Positions 8,896 to 18,420 of a DNA stretch of 29,237 bases are shown piece by piece (within the stretch, counting starts at the first letter, position 1; the number at the start of each line of letters is the position of its first letter). The translations under genes and the position numbers were made by a program. Origin of the DNA: Clostridiaceae bacterium. Lineage in GTDB: Bacteria > Bacillota > Clostridia > Saccharofermentanales > DTU023. The stretch is from contig JAAZKK010000050.1 in assembly GCA_012799825.1 (NCBI GenBank), positions 1 to 29,237 of the forward strand, written 5' to 3'. The notes under the pieces are model-generated. The model did not search any database. It worked only from the letters and a program-made list of their open reading frames with translations, and was not told the origin of the DNA.

Positions 8896-8988
8896 GCGTT
8901 CGTTCCTCCTTAGCTTTTTTCGATGCCATCGCGGCATCTCGCATGATCCGGCACTCATCGAGCCGGTGATCCGGGGGACGAAATGGAA

Positions 8989-9027
8989 TAAAAAACGTCC
9001 GCCCGACATTTTTTGTCGAGAGGACGT
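8989..9027 (-). terminator. Intrinsic terminator of the T-box leader
   Basis: Minus strand: ACGTCC-TCTCGACAAAAAATGTCGGGC-GGACGT-TTTTTA; nested GAC/GTC stem and a T-tract. Confidence 0.9.
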
Positions 9028-9049
9028 CTGCTGACGTGATACCACCTCT
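9019..9049 (-). promoter_or_regulatory. T-box antiterminator
   Basis: Minus strand: AGAGG-TGGTATC-ACGTC-AGCA-GACGT-CCTCT. Two perfect 5-bp helices flank the diagnostic 7-nt UGGNAcc-type bulge (9038-9044), and the 3' half is shared with the terminator stem. Confidence 0.88.
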
Positions 9050-9617
9050 CTTCGCTTCCACCTCACGGTGAAAACCTCTGCCGGTACGCCGATTCCTCAC
9101 TGCGAAGACAAAGTGGCCGTCTTCACAAAATCGGTTATACCGCCGCGCTGTCACGGGCGCACCCGTCGCCTCCTACCTCCGATCATACGGTCTCAGGACG
9201 CTGCTCGCGGAATGTATTCATCTCACCGTCTGCTTTTTGCCTCGCACCACCCGGCATATCTCTGGAAGCTTTCAATGGGATTACTTGTTTCCGGTCATGG
9301 CATTTATGTTGTTTACTGTACCACAGGAATAGATCTTTGGCTAGACACAAAATGAATGATTTTTTCAAAAACGTCCAGATAGTCCAGATAGTTGAGAATA
9401 ATTCAGCTGAATACTTTCTGAAAACAAAAGAATATACGCAAAAGTGACAACAGAAGCTTAGATATAAAGACATGTTGTTACTTTGCTCTATTCATAAACC
9501 AACACTAGTACTCATTCCGTTACGGACATGACCAGATGAAATGAAGGAACTACAAGGAAAAGCATCTTTAGTCCTATCAGTTTTAGCTCTGACCTGACGG
9601 AACGAGTTAACCTCACA

Positions 9618-9773
9618 ATGATGAGTATGGACATATACGATAACCTCATCAACAAACAGGAGCTCTATCGTTTGCTCAACGAAGCCGAAGACAATTTCAA
9701 ATCAGGTAATGAGATGAGCTCCCGTGAGTCACTTCAAAAATTGCGCAAGGGTTTAAACGACAGAACAACGTAA
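9618..9773 (+). CDS. Small ORF (51 aa), possible remnant of an antitoxin C-terminus
   Basis: MMSMDIYDNLINKQELYRLLNEAEDNFKSGNEMSSRESLQKLRKGLNDRTT; helical, resembles Phd/YefM-type C-terminal tails. No clear RBS or toxin partner. Confidence 0.25.
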   Translation: MMSMDIYDNLINKQELYRLLNEAEDNFKSGNEMSSRESLQKLRKGLNDRTT

Positions 9774-10138
9774 TTCTGTCAAAGCCAAAGATACCATCAA
9801 AGTATTAAAGTGTTCATCAGCTGCCCAGTCATGACTTGAAAACTTCAAAAATAGCGATTAAATTTCTTGATGCGGTAGAAAAGACGGATCAGGGATTAAA
9901 GGTGATACCTTTACCGCTTTGAACTGGTGAAAGTTGAGATAATATAGCAACGGGAATATTAAAAATACTCTATTAGCAATTATCTCTTTTTGCAATATTT
10001 CTGAAAATGATGTCCATGTTTACTGCACTATCTATAGAAGAATGAACTTGGAGCTTATGTTTTAAAAACTAACACCCCTCTATGTATTGCAAAATTACGG
10101 CCATTTTTCATGCATTTTGTAGGGCACGGCGTCATTAT

Positions 10139-10906
10139 TCACCTGTCGGACAACAACACCTTGTTCTGATGTGTCCCAACAAGCTGTTGTATGTGCCGAT
10201 AGCTCCCCATCTCCCGGTACGCGTCAGGGAGGCCTGCCTTGTCAAGCATTCTCAGGAAGGAGTAAGCATCGTCGTATATGCGGCTATTGCCTTTTGTGAC
10301 GTAGTAATGCCCGTCGTGCGCTCGGTAATCAATCTCGTATATCTCCGAGCCGGGCACCTTGCCAATGCCAAAATCAATGAGTACCAATTGTTTTTTGTCG
10401 TTTATCAGCAGATTAGTAGCGCTGATGTCACAGTGGACGATTTGGAATTGCCGGAAGCATTTGTGTATCTCGATAAATTCGCCGCAGTACCGCTCAAACA
10501 GGTGCTCATCCGTCGGAATTTCAAAGTTGCGCAAATCAGCAAAAAATTGCGTGACTAGCAACGAGGTGTTTGTATCAAACGCCTTATCACTAGTCAATGT
10601 CCTCGGCACAAAGGGCAAATCGCAACTGGTTACATAGTGGTTGACAAAGATTTCGTTCCGAATGGTGCTGTCATTTTGCGCCAGCTTGACAAAACAAGTC
10701 TCCCCACGGTAATTTCCCTTGTAGTATTTGCGGATGGTTCCCTCACTGTCATCACCGATATACCAATTCTCCGTCCGATAAAGCTGTAAATCGGAAAGGC
10801 CATAGTCGGCTAGCTGGCTGATGGTTCGTCTGTGCTGCTCCGTTAGGTATTCATCCATGAACTGCCTGTGACGGCGCGGGTCGGTTGGAATTGGTTGGCT
10901 ACCCAT
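10139..10906 (-). CDS. Protein-kinase-fold phosphotransferase, last gene of the yhf/hyu operon
   Basis: 255 aa; IVHCDISATNLLINDKKQLVLIDFGIGK (HxDxxxxN + DFG), candidate N-lobe Lys in CFVKL. Confidence 0.75.
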   Translation of the reverse strand: MGSQPIPTDPRRHRQFMDEYLTEQHRRTISQLADYGLSDLQLYRTENWYIGDDSEGTIRKYYKGNYRGETCFVKLAQNDSTIRNEIFVNHYVTSCDLPFVPRTLTSDKAFDTNTSLLVTQFFADLRNFEIPTDEHLFERYCGEFIEIHKCFRQFQIVHCDISATNLLINDKKQLVLIDFGIGKVPGSEIYEIDYRAHDGHYYVTKGNSRIYDDAYSFLRMLDKAGLPDAYREMGSYRHIQQLVGTHQNKVLLSDR

Positions 10907-10926
10907 CGCATCCTCCTTGAGTTTTT

Positions 10927-12084
10927 TCAGTTCAATTGGTTACCGTATTTGTCGAAGATGCCTAGCATACGTGGAGCGCCGGTCCTTAGCCCTTCCACCA
11001 CCGCGATGGATGCATTTACTACGAAAAGCTGCGTTCGGAAAGCATACAGCACACCAGTTCCTACTGGTTCTGAGCATTCCAGCTGCGCATAGTAGTCGAT
11101 GTTGCCCGGCTGTACGTTCTCTGCGTTAACCAAATGATAGCCGCTCTCTTGGGCTACAATGGCGCGATGGATCTTAGCACGTCCATAGAAACCGCCGCCG
11201 AATACACAGCTTTTTCCGTTCCACTTGTGGGAAACCTCAGTAACGTATGCCATCGCCATTATTTCAACGCCGGGTGTACTGGTTGCACTTCGGTAGGTGG
11301 TTCCCGTGAATGCGTGCCCTGGCTCCAGATGAGTGACACCACCCCCGGCCGCTAGGGAAAAGGTAGCGCAGTCGTTCCCGCCCGGAGCATTGACCTGCTG
11401 TACCCGACAACCACAGTTCCTGCCTATATCTACCGCCTTACGCAAGGTATGAAAGTTGTGGGTGGGCTCCACCCGCTCGGAATCAAGACCTAACGCAAAA
11501 CAGGGAAAGGCTGTGAAACCCACAAGTTCCACATGTTCAAGCTGCTGAATTTCCTCAATCACCATCGGAAGTTGCTCAAGGCTAACTCCGCCATATTGCT
11601 GTGGATAGATAGTATCACCGACCTCGGTCACGCGTAGCAACAGTTGCTGCCGTCTACCGCTTTTATTCGCGTGACGGGATATTTTTTTTGCATTTTCAAT
11701 ATCCATCACGGTGATCACTTCTGGATCCATAGCTAGAGCCTCGTCCACACACCACTCAGGAATTTGCATGAGGTGTCCCAAATGCCCAATGACGAAGCCC
11801 TGACGGTGTAACGCCCGTGCTTCATCTATGCTCACAGCCACCGCCCGGGGGATACCACACTCAGCAATGGTCTTGCAAACCACAGGAATGCGCCCAATTT
11901 GCTTGGTCATCATGTACAGCTGCAGACCGAAATTATCCGCCGTTTCTTTTATTACAGAAGCGTTGCGCCGGATCGCGTCTAAGTCCAACACATAGGTGTT
12001 GGGAAGAATCCTACCGGTTCTATGAGCATATATCGACCATTCCACAAGGTCTAAATTCTGCTGAAGCAATGCGTCAACAAACAC
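10927..12084 (-). CDS. yhfX-like: YhfX-like PLP-dependent (alanine racemase-type fold) enzyme
   Basis: 385 aa; PNTYVLDLDAIRRNASVIKETADNFGLQLYMMTKQIGRIP...; GTG start with AGGAGG; 3 bp after the yhfS-like stop codon. Confidence 0.8.
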   Translation of the reverse strand: MFVDALLQQNLDLVEWSIYAHRTGRILPNTYVLDLDAIRRNASVIKETADNFGLQLYMMTKQIGRIPVVCKTIAECGIPRAVAVSIDEARALHRQGFVIGHLGHLMQIPEWCVDEALAMDPEVITVMDIENAKKISRHANKSGRRQQLLLRVTEVGDTIYPQQYGGVSLEQLPMVIEEIQQLEHVELVGFTAFPCFALGLDSERVEPTHNFHTLRKAVDIGRNCGCRVQQVNAPGGNDCATFSLAAGGGVTHLEPGHAFTGTTYRSATSTPGVEIMAMAYVTEVSHKWNGKSCVFGGGFYGRAKIHRAIVAQESGYHLVNAENVQPGNIDYYAQLECSEPVGTGVLYAFRTQLFVVNASIAVVEGLRTGAPRMLGIFDKYGNQLN

Positions 12085-12087
12085 GGT

Positions 12088-13251
12088 TCAGTCCTCCTGC
12101 ATTATACTTTTTAGAGCTTCCTTCAAAATCCTCACTACAGTGTCGGCTCCAGCCCGCATAACATTAATGCGAATGTAATAGTTTAGACGCTCGGGGTTCT
12201 CAACGGCGAATGTTCTGGAAACCGTATAAAACAGCGCAGGGATCTCGTATTTCGATTCCGCCCCCACCGGACGGGGAGACGCACCCAGTTTTTCCGCCTG
12301 AGAAAGAACTCTGTAGGCAATGGGCTGTTCAAACTCAACCAAAAGTACTCGGGACTGCATATTGGCAACAAATACCCGACGAATGCCCCAAATCTTTTTG
12401 TCAGCAAGTTTTTGGATATCTACTCGCGCCTGCTCGGTTTGCATTGCCTGCACTGCCATGGCAACCGGTACGTTCACGAGACTTCGCAAGGCCTCCATGG
12501 CCTCCATTCCCTGCACCTGTGAGCCACCGGTACAGTTGCGTCGGCGAATGCGTTGCAGCAACTCGCGCTTGCCCAGCACACAACCAATACCTTCAGGTCC
12601 CTGCAGCTTGAAGAGCGAAAAAGCTGCAAGGTCCGCCCCTGCGGCAATGCCACACAACGGGGTTTTCAGCACAGCGTAGTTGTCGTCCACCACAACCTGA
12701 CACCCACAGCCTTTCAACGTCGCAATCACATCGCGAAGAGAATAGCTGTCGGTGAGCAACTGTCTTGCGTGTTGAACAACCGCTACGCTGGGCTTCTGCA
12801 AGGTAACAACGCTACGGGTTTCCTCCAGATCGTTGTAGTTCGCATTTACAACTCGCAGGGCCATGTCACGCAGGGTGATCTCGGTGGAAGGGTAGATAGG
12901 CGCAGCGTGCACCAGCACACTGCCACCCGGCTGTGCTACCGCCCCAAGAGCCTCACGAATGGCTCCGGTTCCAGCACCACGAACCAAAACGCAGTCCTGC
13001 GCGCCAAAAAATTGCGCCAGCGTCTGTTCTGCAAGGGTCGTGTGCAGGGGGCTACCGCCCTGCACAAGACCAAGATCACCCTGTTGCAAAAAAAGGCCGT
13101 TAGGGAAGTTCCTGTGTATACAATCCACCAATTTGAATTGCAGTTCCATTGCTTGCTCGATCGAAAGGGCATCCAACATTCCTGCTGTTGGCATCTCATC
13201 ACCTCGCATCCTCTGGCTATTTGGTTGTTTTGCGGGACACGCCTCGCTCAT
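12088..13251 (-). CDS. yhfS-like: YhfS-like PLP-dependent aminotransferase-fold enzyme
   Basis: SLFKLQGPEGIGCVLGKRE Lys region, ADLAAF, DNYAVLKTP; start either ATG 13251 (ATGA overlap with hyuA stop) or ATG 13194 with GAGGTG upstream. Confidence 0.8.
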   Translation of the reverse strand: MSEACPAKQPNSQRMRGDEMPTAGMLDALSIEQAMELQFKLVDCIHRNFPNGLFLQQGDLGLVQGGSPLHTTLAEQTLAQFFGAQDCVLVRGAGTGAIREALGAVAQPGGSVLVHAAPIYPSTEITLRDMALRVVNANYNDLEETRSVVTLQKPSVAVVQHARQLLTDSYSLRDVIATLKGCGCQVVVDDNYAVLKTPLCGIAAGADLAAFSLFKLQGPEGIGCVLGKRELLQRIRRRNCTGGSQVQGMEAMEALRSLVNVPVAMAVQAMQTEQARVDIQKLADKKIWGIRRVFVANMQSRVLLVEFEQPIAYRVLSQAEKLGASPRPVGAESKYEIPALFYTVSRTFAVENPERLNYYIRINVMRAGADTVVRILKEALKSIMQED

Positions 13252-15296
13252 TCCCAAGTGATGATGAGGTTTCCGCCTTTTTCGCAGTAAAATCTGTCAC
13301 CAGGCCCCACAAAAATTGTGGTGTCCATCTGCTCGATAATGACCGGACCTATTCCCGAATACCCCTGAGGAAGATCATCTCGTCGGAAAACTGGAACCTG
13401 TTGGAAGCCCGTCTCCCGGAAGTAGACCGACCGCTCGGTTGCCGGTTTTGGAACAGCCGCCCCGCCAACTTCAAAGAAGCCTATGTCGCCCGATTTATCC
13501 AGTATACCGAAGCCAGAGCAGCGGATACTGACCAACTCCAGTGGTTCGTCGTTCGAAGCAGCATACCCATAGGACGCTTGATGCAGGACATGGAATTTCT
13601 CGGCTATGACGTCCCACCCATCGCCCGCAATATCCTCCGGATCGATCTCCATGGTCAGCTCGTGAGTCTGAGCCATGTAGCGAAGGTCAGCGTAAATGGT
13701 AAACCGCCGGTGATCCGAGTCAAAATCTGCTCGAGCCAGGTCTTCACTCGCCTTTGTTAGTAGGACATGATAGCGCTTACGTAGCTGGGCAGGTGCGAGT
13801 TCAGATAGTGGCAGAATCACGCTCTCCACGTAATCGTATCGCACGTCGCTCATCAAAAGGCCGATAGCGGCCGTGATGCCGGGGTAGCGGGGAACAATGA
13901 CCTTAGTCATATTCAGTGTTTTAGCAACAGCAACTGCCTGTAACGGACCCGCGCCTCCGCAGGCAAACAGGGCAAACTCCCTGATGTCGAATCCACGGTT
14001 AGCGACCAAACGACGCACGGCGTTGGCAATATTCTCGTTTACGATGTCCAACATGCCCTGAGCCGCCTCGTACACATCCATGCTGAGAGGCTCCGCTATC
14101 TTTTTGGCAATCGCATCGTGGCTCAAGGCAACATTGATGGGGAAGCTACCACCCAAAAGTGCCGTTTGGTTCAGCCGCCCCAGCAACACGTTGGCGTCGG
14201 TAAGTGCCGGTTCCTCACCGCCCTGATTGTAGCACACCGGCCCCGGCATGGCTCCAGCGCTGGTGGGGCCCATGTTCAGCATGCCGCCCCGGTCTATCCA
14301 TGCCAGAGTGCCGCCACCCGCTCCAATGGTAGCCACGTCGATGATGGGTAAATGCACCACGGTGCCAAATTCGATCTCCTGCTCGTCGCGGGTCATTAAT
14401 TCACCGTTATACACTATGGCAATGTCGGTGCTGGTGCCGCCGCTGTCGATAGAAATCACCGACCGCTCGTCAAGCTGCTTCGAAATGCCCTTCATGGCAA
14501 TGGCCGCTGCAGCTGGTCCCGAGAGCAGGGTGCGCGGAGCAATATGCTCCACCGGGTATACTGGCGCCACCCCACCATTGGACAGCATCAAAAGAATATC
14601 ATTTTGATACCCCTTTTCTCGGCTATCCCGACTCAGAATATCGATATAATCCTTCAAAAGGGGTCCCACATAGGCAGCCACGCTCACGGTGCTCATGCGT
14701 TCAAATTCACGCCATTCACGTAACAGCTCGCTTGATGTGGTAACGTACAGATGAGGATATGCCTCACGGATGATGGCTGCCGCCTGTTCCTCGTGGGAGG
14801 GGTTGATGTAGGAGTTGATGAAGCAGATGGCCACAGCTTCAATCCCCTCGCTTGTCATCCCTTCCACCAGACTGAGCAATTCACTCTTATCCACTGAGCG
14901 AATCACATTTCCCATACTGTCGATCCGTTCGTCTAACTCTAGGCGGTAGCGGCGCTCTACCAGCTCATCCGGCTGATCCCATTGTAGATCATATAGCCGA
15001 CCACGAGTGGTGCGACGGATCTTTAAAACATCCCGAAAGCCCCTCGTGGTAATCAAAGCAACTTTCGATCCCTTCTTTTCGATAACGGCGTTTGTGGCTA
15101 TGGTTGTGCCGTGCATAAACAGATCCACAGCGGACAGGTCGTATCCACTTTGGGCAATGGCATTCATTACCCCTTCGCGCAGGTTGTGCGGAGTGCTGTG
15201 CACCTTTTTTACAATGGTTTTTCCGGTGACTGGATCTAGAAAAATCCCGTCGGTAAAGGTTCCGCCAACATCAATTCCTATGTTTGTAGTTTTCAT
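13248..15296 (-). CDS. hyuA-like: Hydantoinase/oxoprolinase family protein, HyuA-type subunit (N-methylhydantoinase A-like)
   Basis: 682 aa; NIGIDVGGTFTDGIFLD, MHGTTIATNAVIEKKG, SIDSGGTSTDIAIV, FACGGAGPLQAVAVAKTL. Confidence 0.93.
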   Translation of the reverse strand: MKTTNIGIDVGGTFTDGIFLDPVTGKTIVKKVHSTPHNLREGVMNAIAQSGYDLSAVDLFMHGTTIATNAVIEKKGSKVALITTRGFRDVLKIRRTTRGRLYDLQWDQPDELVERRYRLELDERIDSMGNVIRSVDKSELLSLVEGMTSEGIEAVAICFINSYINPSHEEQAAAIIREAYPHLYVTTSSELLREWREFERMSTVSVAAYVGPLLKDYIDILSRDSREKGYQNDILLMLSNGGVAPVYPVEHIAPRTLLSGPAAAAIAMKGISKQLDERSVISIDSGGTSTDIAIVYNGELMTRDEQEIEFGTVVHLPIIDVATIGAGGGTLAWIDRGGMLNMGPTSAGAMPGPVCYNQGGEEPALTDANVLLGRLNQTALLGGSFPINVALSHDAIAKKIAEPLSMDVYEAAQGMLDIVNENIANAVRRLVANRGFDIREFALFACGGAGPLQAVAVAKTLNMTKVIVPRYPGITAAIGLLMSDVRYDYVESVILPLSELAPAQLRKRYHVLLTKASEDLARADFDSDHRRFTIYADLRYMAQTHELTMEIDPEDIAGDGWDVIAEKFHVLHQASYGYAASNDEPLELVSIRCSGFGILDKSGDIGFFEVGGAAVPKPATERSVYFRETGFQQVPVFRRDDLPQGYSGIGPVIIEQMDTTIFVGPGDRFYCEKGGNLIITWE

Positions 15297-17026
15297 TCGG
15301 CAGCCTCCCTCATCTCCGCCCGCAGCCGGTCGCTAGCGGCGGTATCCACTTTGTCCTGATCGTCGATGACAATACCATATTCTTGATACAAGTGCTCGCT
15401 TGAGAGAAGCCCGTGCAAGAAATCCTTTTCCGCGAGGGCGTAGTCTCGCTCCAGCGGATCACCGTAGCCGCCGCCGCCTGCAACCAAGACGGTCACCTCG
15501 TCGCCCTCTTTCACTAGGTAGTTGCTGGCTTTCAGGGTAAGGTTCACCTCACGTTCGGTTCCCATGTTTAGTACCAGTCCTTGGGGCATTGCCGGCTTGC
15601 CACCAAACAGACCCCAAGGAGGAAATTTCTCCCTGTCACCGAGGGCGCTCAGTTTTGCGGTGCCTCGAGCTATCACAAAGCGCTTGATAGAGCCGTTGCC
15701 ACCCCGAAAGCGGCCAGGGCCACCCGAGTCCTGTCGTAGCGACCACTGGTTGAACAGTATGGGGTACTTGCGCTCAAACACCTCCACGGGGGTGATGCGA
15801 GCACCGCCCCCAAACAGTGACACAAGGCCAGAAGAGCCGTCCTTGGTGGCACGCCCGCCAAAGCCACCTTCGCTGAAAAGATACATCACATAGTATTCGC
15901 CGGTCTTGTCGTCCACACCTCCCATAACTAAGTTGATCAGCCCGTGGGGGCACCCGGTGGACTTTTCTGGGCAGGCATGGGCCAGCGCGCCCAATGAGAC
16001 GCCGATTACTTTCTCGTACACCGTGCCCGCCATGGCGCTAATGGCCGCGGGAGGTCGTGCGTTCACCACCGTTCCCTCGGGGATGATGAAGGAAATGGGC
16101 AGAAAACAGCCGTAGCTCATGGGAACATCGGGAAACAGCGACTTTATTGTGACGATGACTGCCGATACCGTGGAGGAATATGTGCCGTTAGCGGCGCTGC
16201 GTGTCTGTGGGTCAGAGCCTGAAAAATCAAATTCCATGCGATTTCCCTTCACCGTCATCTTCACGGCAATTTTCACCGGGTCTTTGCAATACTTACTTTC
16301 CTCGTCCATATACTCTTCAAAGAAATAGCTACCGTCTGGAATTTTATCAATCTCCTTTTCCAGCATCACCTTGGCGTACTCAATGGTTTCTTCCATAAAC
16401 TCTAGGATGTTTTCCACACCGTACTTATCCGCCAACTCGATGACCCGGCGCTCGCCAATGGCTACCGAGGATATCTGGGAGGAGAGGTCTCCCTCTCGCT
16501 CCCAAGGAATGCGCACGTTTGACATGATGATATCGTGGACACCCTTGGCCATTACGCCACGCTCCATAATCTTCACTGGCGGTATGCGGAGACCTTCTTC
16601 AAAGTGCTCTTCAGCAACAGAGTTCAGGCTACCAGGTGTAGAACCTCCCACGTCAGCCCAGTGCCCAGCAATGGCCACAAATCCAATGCGCTTGCCCTTG
16701 TAAAACACTGGCTTGATGACCCCTACATCGTTGAAATGGGTGCCGCCAATAAAGGGGTCATTGTTGATAAACACATCGCCTTCAAACAAGTTTCCTTCGT
16801 AGACTTCCACGATTTTTCGCACGGAATATTGCATCATAGTAACGAATACCCCTAGGTCAGATTCTCCCTGAACGATCAAATTGCCGTTACCATTGAATAA
16901 GGCAGCACCTATATCCCGTCCTTCTGTAATGACCGCGGAATAAGCCGAGCGAAACATGTTGATATTCATTTCATCTGCAATACTTTTAAAGGCGCTTTGC
17001 AAAACCGAAAAAGTAATGGTATCCAT
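15293..17026 (-). CDS. hyuB-like: Hydantoinase B/oxoprolinase family protein, HyuB-type subunit
   Basis: MDTITFSVLQSAFKSIADEMNINMFRSAYSAVITEGRDIGAALF...NNDPFIGGTHFNDVGVIKPVF...RRDSGGPGRFRGGNGS-type motif; ATG 17026 with GGAGGAC upstream; ATGA overlap with hyuA. Confidence 0.93.
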   Translation of the reverse strand: MDTITFSVLQSAFKSIADEMNINMFRSAYSAVITEGRDIGAALFNGNGNLIVQGESDLGVFVTMMQYSVRKIVEVYEGNLFEGDVFINNDPFIGGTHFNDVGVIKPVFYKGKRIGFVAIAGHWADVGGSTPGSLNSVAEEHFEEGLRIPPVKIMERGVMAKGVHDIIMSNVRIPWEREGDLSSQISSVAIGERRVIELADKYGVENILEFMEETIEYAKVMLEKEIDKIPDGSYFFEEYMDEESKYCKDPVKIAVKMTVKGNRMEFDFSGSDPQTRSAANGTYSSTVSAVIVTIKSLFPDVPMSYGCFLPISFIIPEGTVVNARPPAAISAMAGTVYEKVIGVSLGALAHACPEKSTGCPHGLINLVMGGVDDKTGEYYVMYLFSEGGFGGRATKDGSSGLVSLFGGGARITPVEVFERKYPILFNQWSLRQDSGGPGRFRGGNGSIKRFVIARGTAKLSALGDREKFPPWGLFGGKPAMPQGLVLNMGTEREVNLTLKASNYLVKEGDEVTVLVAGGGGYGDPLERDYALAEKDFLHGLLSSEHLYQEYGIVIDDQDKVDTAASDRLRAEMREAAE

Positions 17027-17115
17027 AATTGTCCTCCAATGGCTTGTAAGTTGCCACAGTTTGGTTACTGGTTTACCTATACTGATCGCCGTATCAGCAG
17101 AAGGTACCGCCGAGC

Positions 17116-18420
17116 TTAGTTTTTGGCAGGAATTGGCTTCATTACCTTGCTTAGGACGAGGTAAGCCACACCGCCCACAACCAGACTGTTGATGCCCGAA
17201 ACACCGATGGCAGCGTAGGGCAGCACACCCAAGGGATTGCCGGTAAAAAAGTCTGCAACAACCGCGATAATCCATGCTAGTATGGCCGGCCAATGGAAAT
17301 CCCCTATACCTTCAGTCTTTTTTTCAACGCCCCGCCTTACATAGAAATAGTCGATGGCGATAATGATGCCAATAGGCGGCATGAGCATGGCCAGTACTCC
17401 CAGATAGACAGCTAGATTCGTATACACGCCGGTAGCGCACACAATTGTTCCGATGAGCACCGTGACGATGGTGAAGATGTATTTTGGCATTTTGAACAGT
17501 TTAGAAAGAGCTAACCCGGCGGAATAGACGTTGTTGTCAGCAGAGGACCAAGTGGAAAACAGCAGAAGCAGAAAGCCGATGACGGTGAATAGTTTGCCTC
17601 CCATAGTCACGATGAGAGTCACCAGATCGGGGCTTCCGGTGCCCTTCACCGCAATGGCACCTAGAGAAACAAAGATGAAGAATCCGAGACCGAAAGAGAG
17701 CAACGAGGCTCTTGCAGCGCTTTTTCCAGTCTTGTCATAACGAGTCACATCTCCTGCCAGCGTGGCGCCGGCGATAAAAATACCGATGGTGGTGGTAACG
17801 CCCGTACCAAAGGTGATTGGAGCAGTTGTGGGGCCAATTTGGTTGATAGCAGTCCAACCGCCGCCGGCGATGATACCCTTGATAGCAGCAATCAGAACGA
17901 GTAGACACATGGGAACAACGATGAAGTTGCTGAGTGCAGCAACGCCCCTAAAGCCCAAAAAGGCGGAGGTGCCCATGAGTAGGCTAGCTATGATGCCACC
18001 TGACACGGTCAGTGAGCCGCTTGCCATCCCAAACAAAGCCTCTAGACTAGGGATGAAAAACCCAACGGTTACACCGTAAAACAGTATGTTGGCAATTGCC
18101 ATGGCAGCTGCCACGATGTTGGAACCCCTTTCGCCAAACGCGATTCTCGCAACCATAGATGTGGACAAGCCCTCCTTGGCGCCAATCATTGCCAGCGGCA
18201 TGGAGTAGACACCCAAAATCACGGCGCCTACAAAGATGGCCAGCAGAGCCATGGGCAGGGTCATGCCGGTGGCAATGTTGCCTCCTGTGATGGCAGGAGC
18301 AGGGTTTATGACCCAGCACAACAGCACGGAGATGATGGTGAACATACTTTTTCGTTCGCTTTGTGGTACTACGGACAGTTCGTTATCTTGCAAAACGCTC
18401 TTGCTTTTACTCTTGTTCAT
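17116..18420 (-). CDS. NCS1-family (CodB/cytosine permease-like) transporter
   Basis: 434 aa, about 12 hydrophobic segments; WVINPAPAITGGNIATGM, YSAGLALSKLFKMPKY, GIIIAIDYFYVRRG; RBS GGAGG. Confidence 0.85.
   Translation of the reverse strand: MNKSKSKSVLQDNELSVVPQSERKSMFTIISVLLCWVINPAPAITGGNIATGMTLPMALLAIFVGAVILGVYSMPLAMIGAKEGLSTSMVARIAFGERGSNIVAAAMAIANILFYGVTVGFFIPSLEALFGMASGSLTVSGGIIASLLMGTSAFLGFRGVAALSNFIVVPMCLLVLIAAIKGIIAGGGWTAINQIGPTTAPITFGTGVTTTIGIFIAGATLAGDVTRYDKTGKSAARASLLSFGLGFFIFVSLGAIAVKGTGSPDLVTLIVTMGGKLFTVIGFLLLLFSTWSSADNNVYSAGLALSKLFKMPKYIFTIVTVLIGTIVCATGVYTNLAVYLGVLAMLMPPIGIIIAIDYFYVRRGVEKKTEGIGDFHWPAILAWIIAVVADFFTGNPLGVLPYAAIGVSGINSLVVGGVAYLVLSKVMKPIPAKN

Larger units (their letters stand above)
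8989..9245 (-). promoter_or_regulatory. Probable full T-box riboswitch leader (Stem I not resolved by eye)
   Basis: About 200 nt of structured GC-rich sequence precedes the antiterminator on the minus strand; 5' boundary and specifier codon not assigned. Confidence 0.6.

Noticed and set aside
9060-9245. TnaC-like leader peptide attenuator
   Set aside because: I found no short leader ORF with the expected critical Trp/Pro context; the antiterminator/terminator geometry is much better explained by a T-box.
12553-13290. 245-aa plus-strand ORF (also 13149-13760, 11817-12161, 10082-10558)
   Set aside because: Antisense to well-supported yhfS/hyuA/yhfX/kinase-like genes, with no domain motifs.
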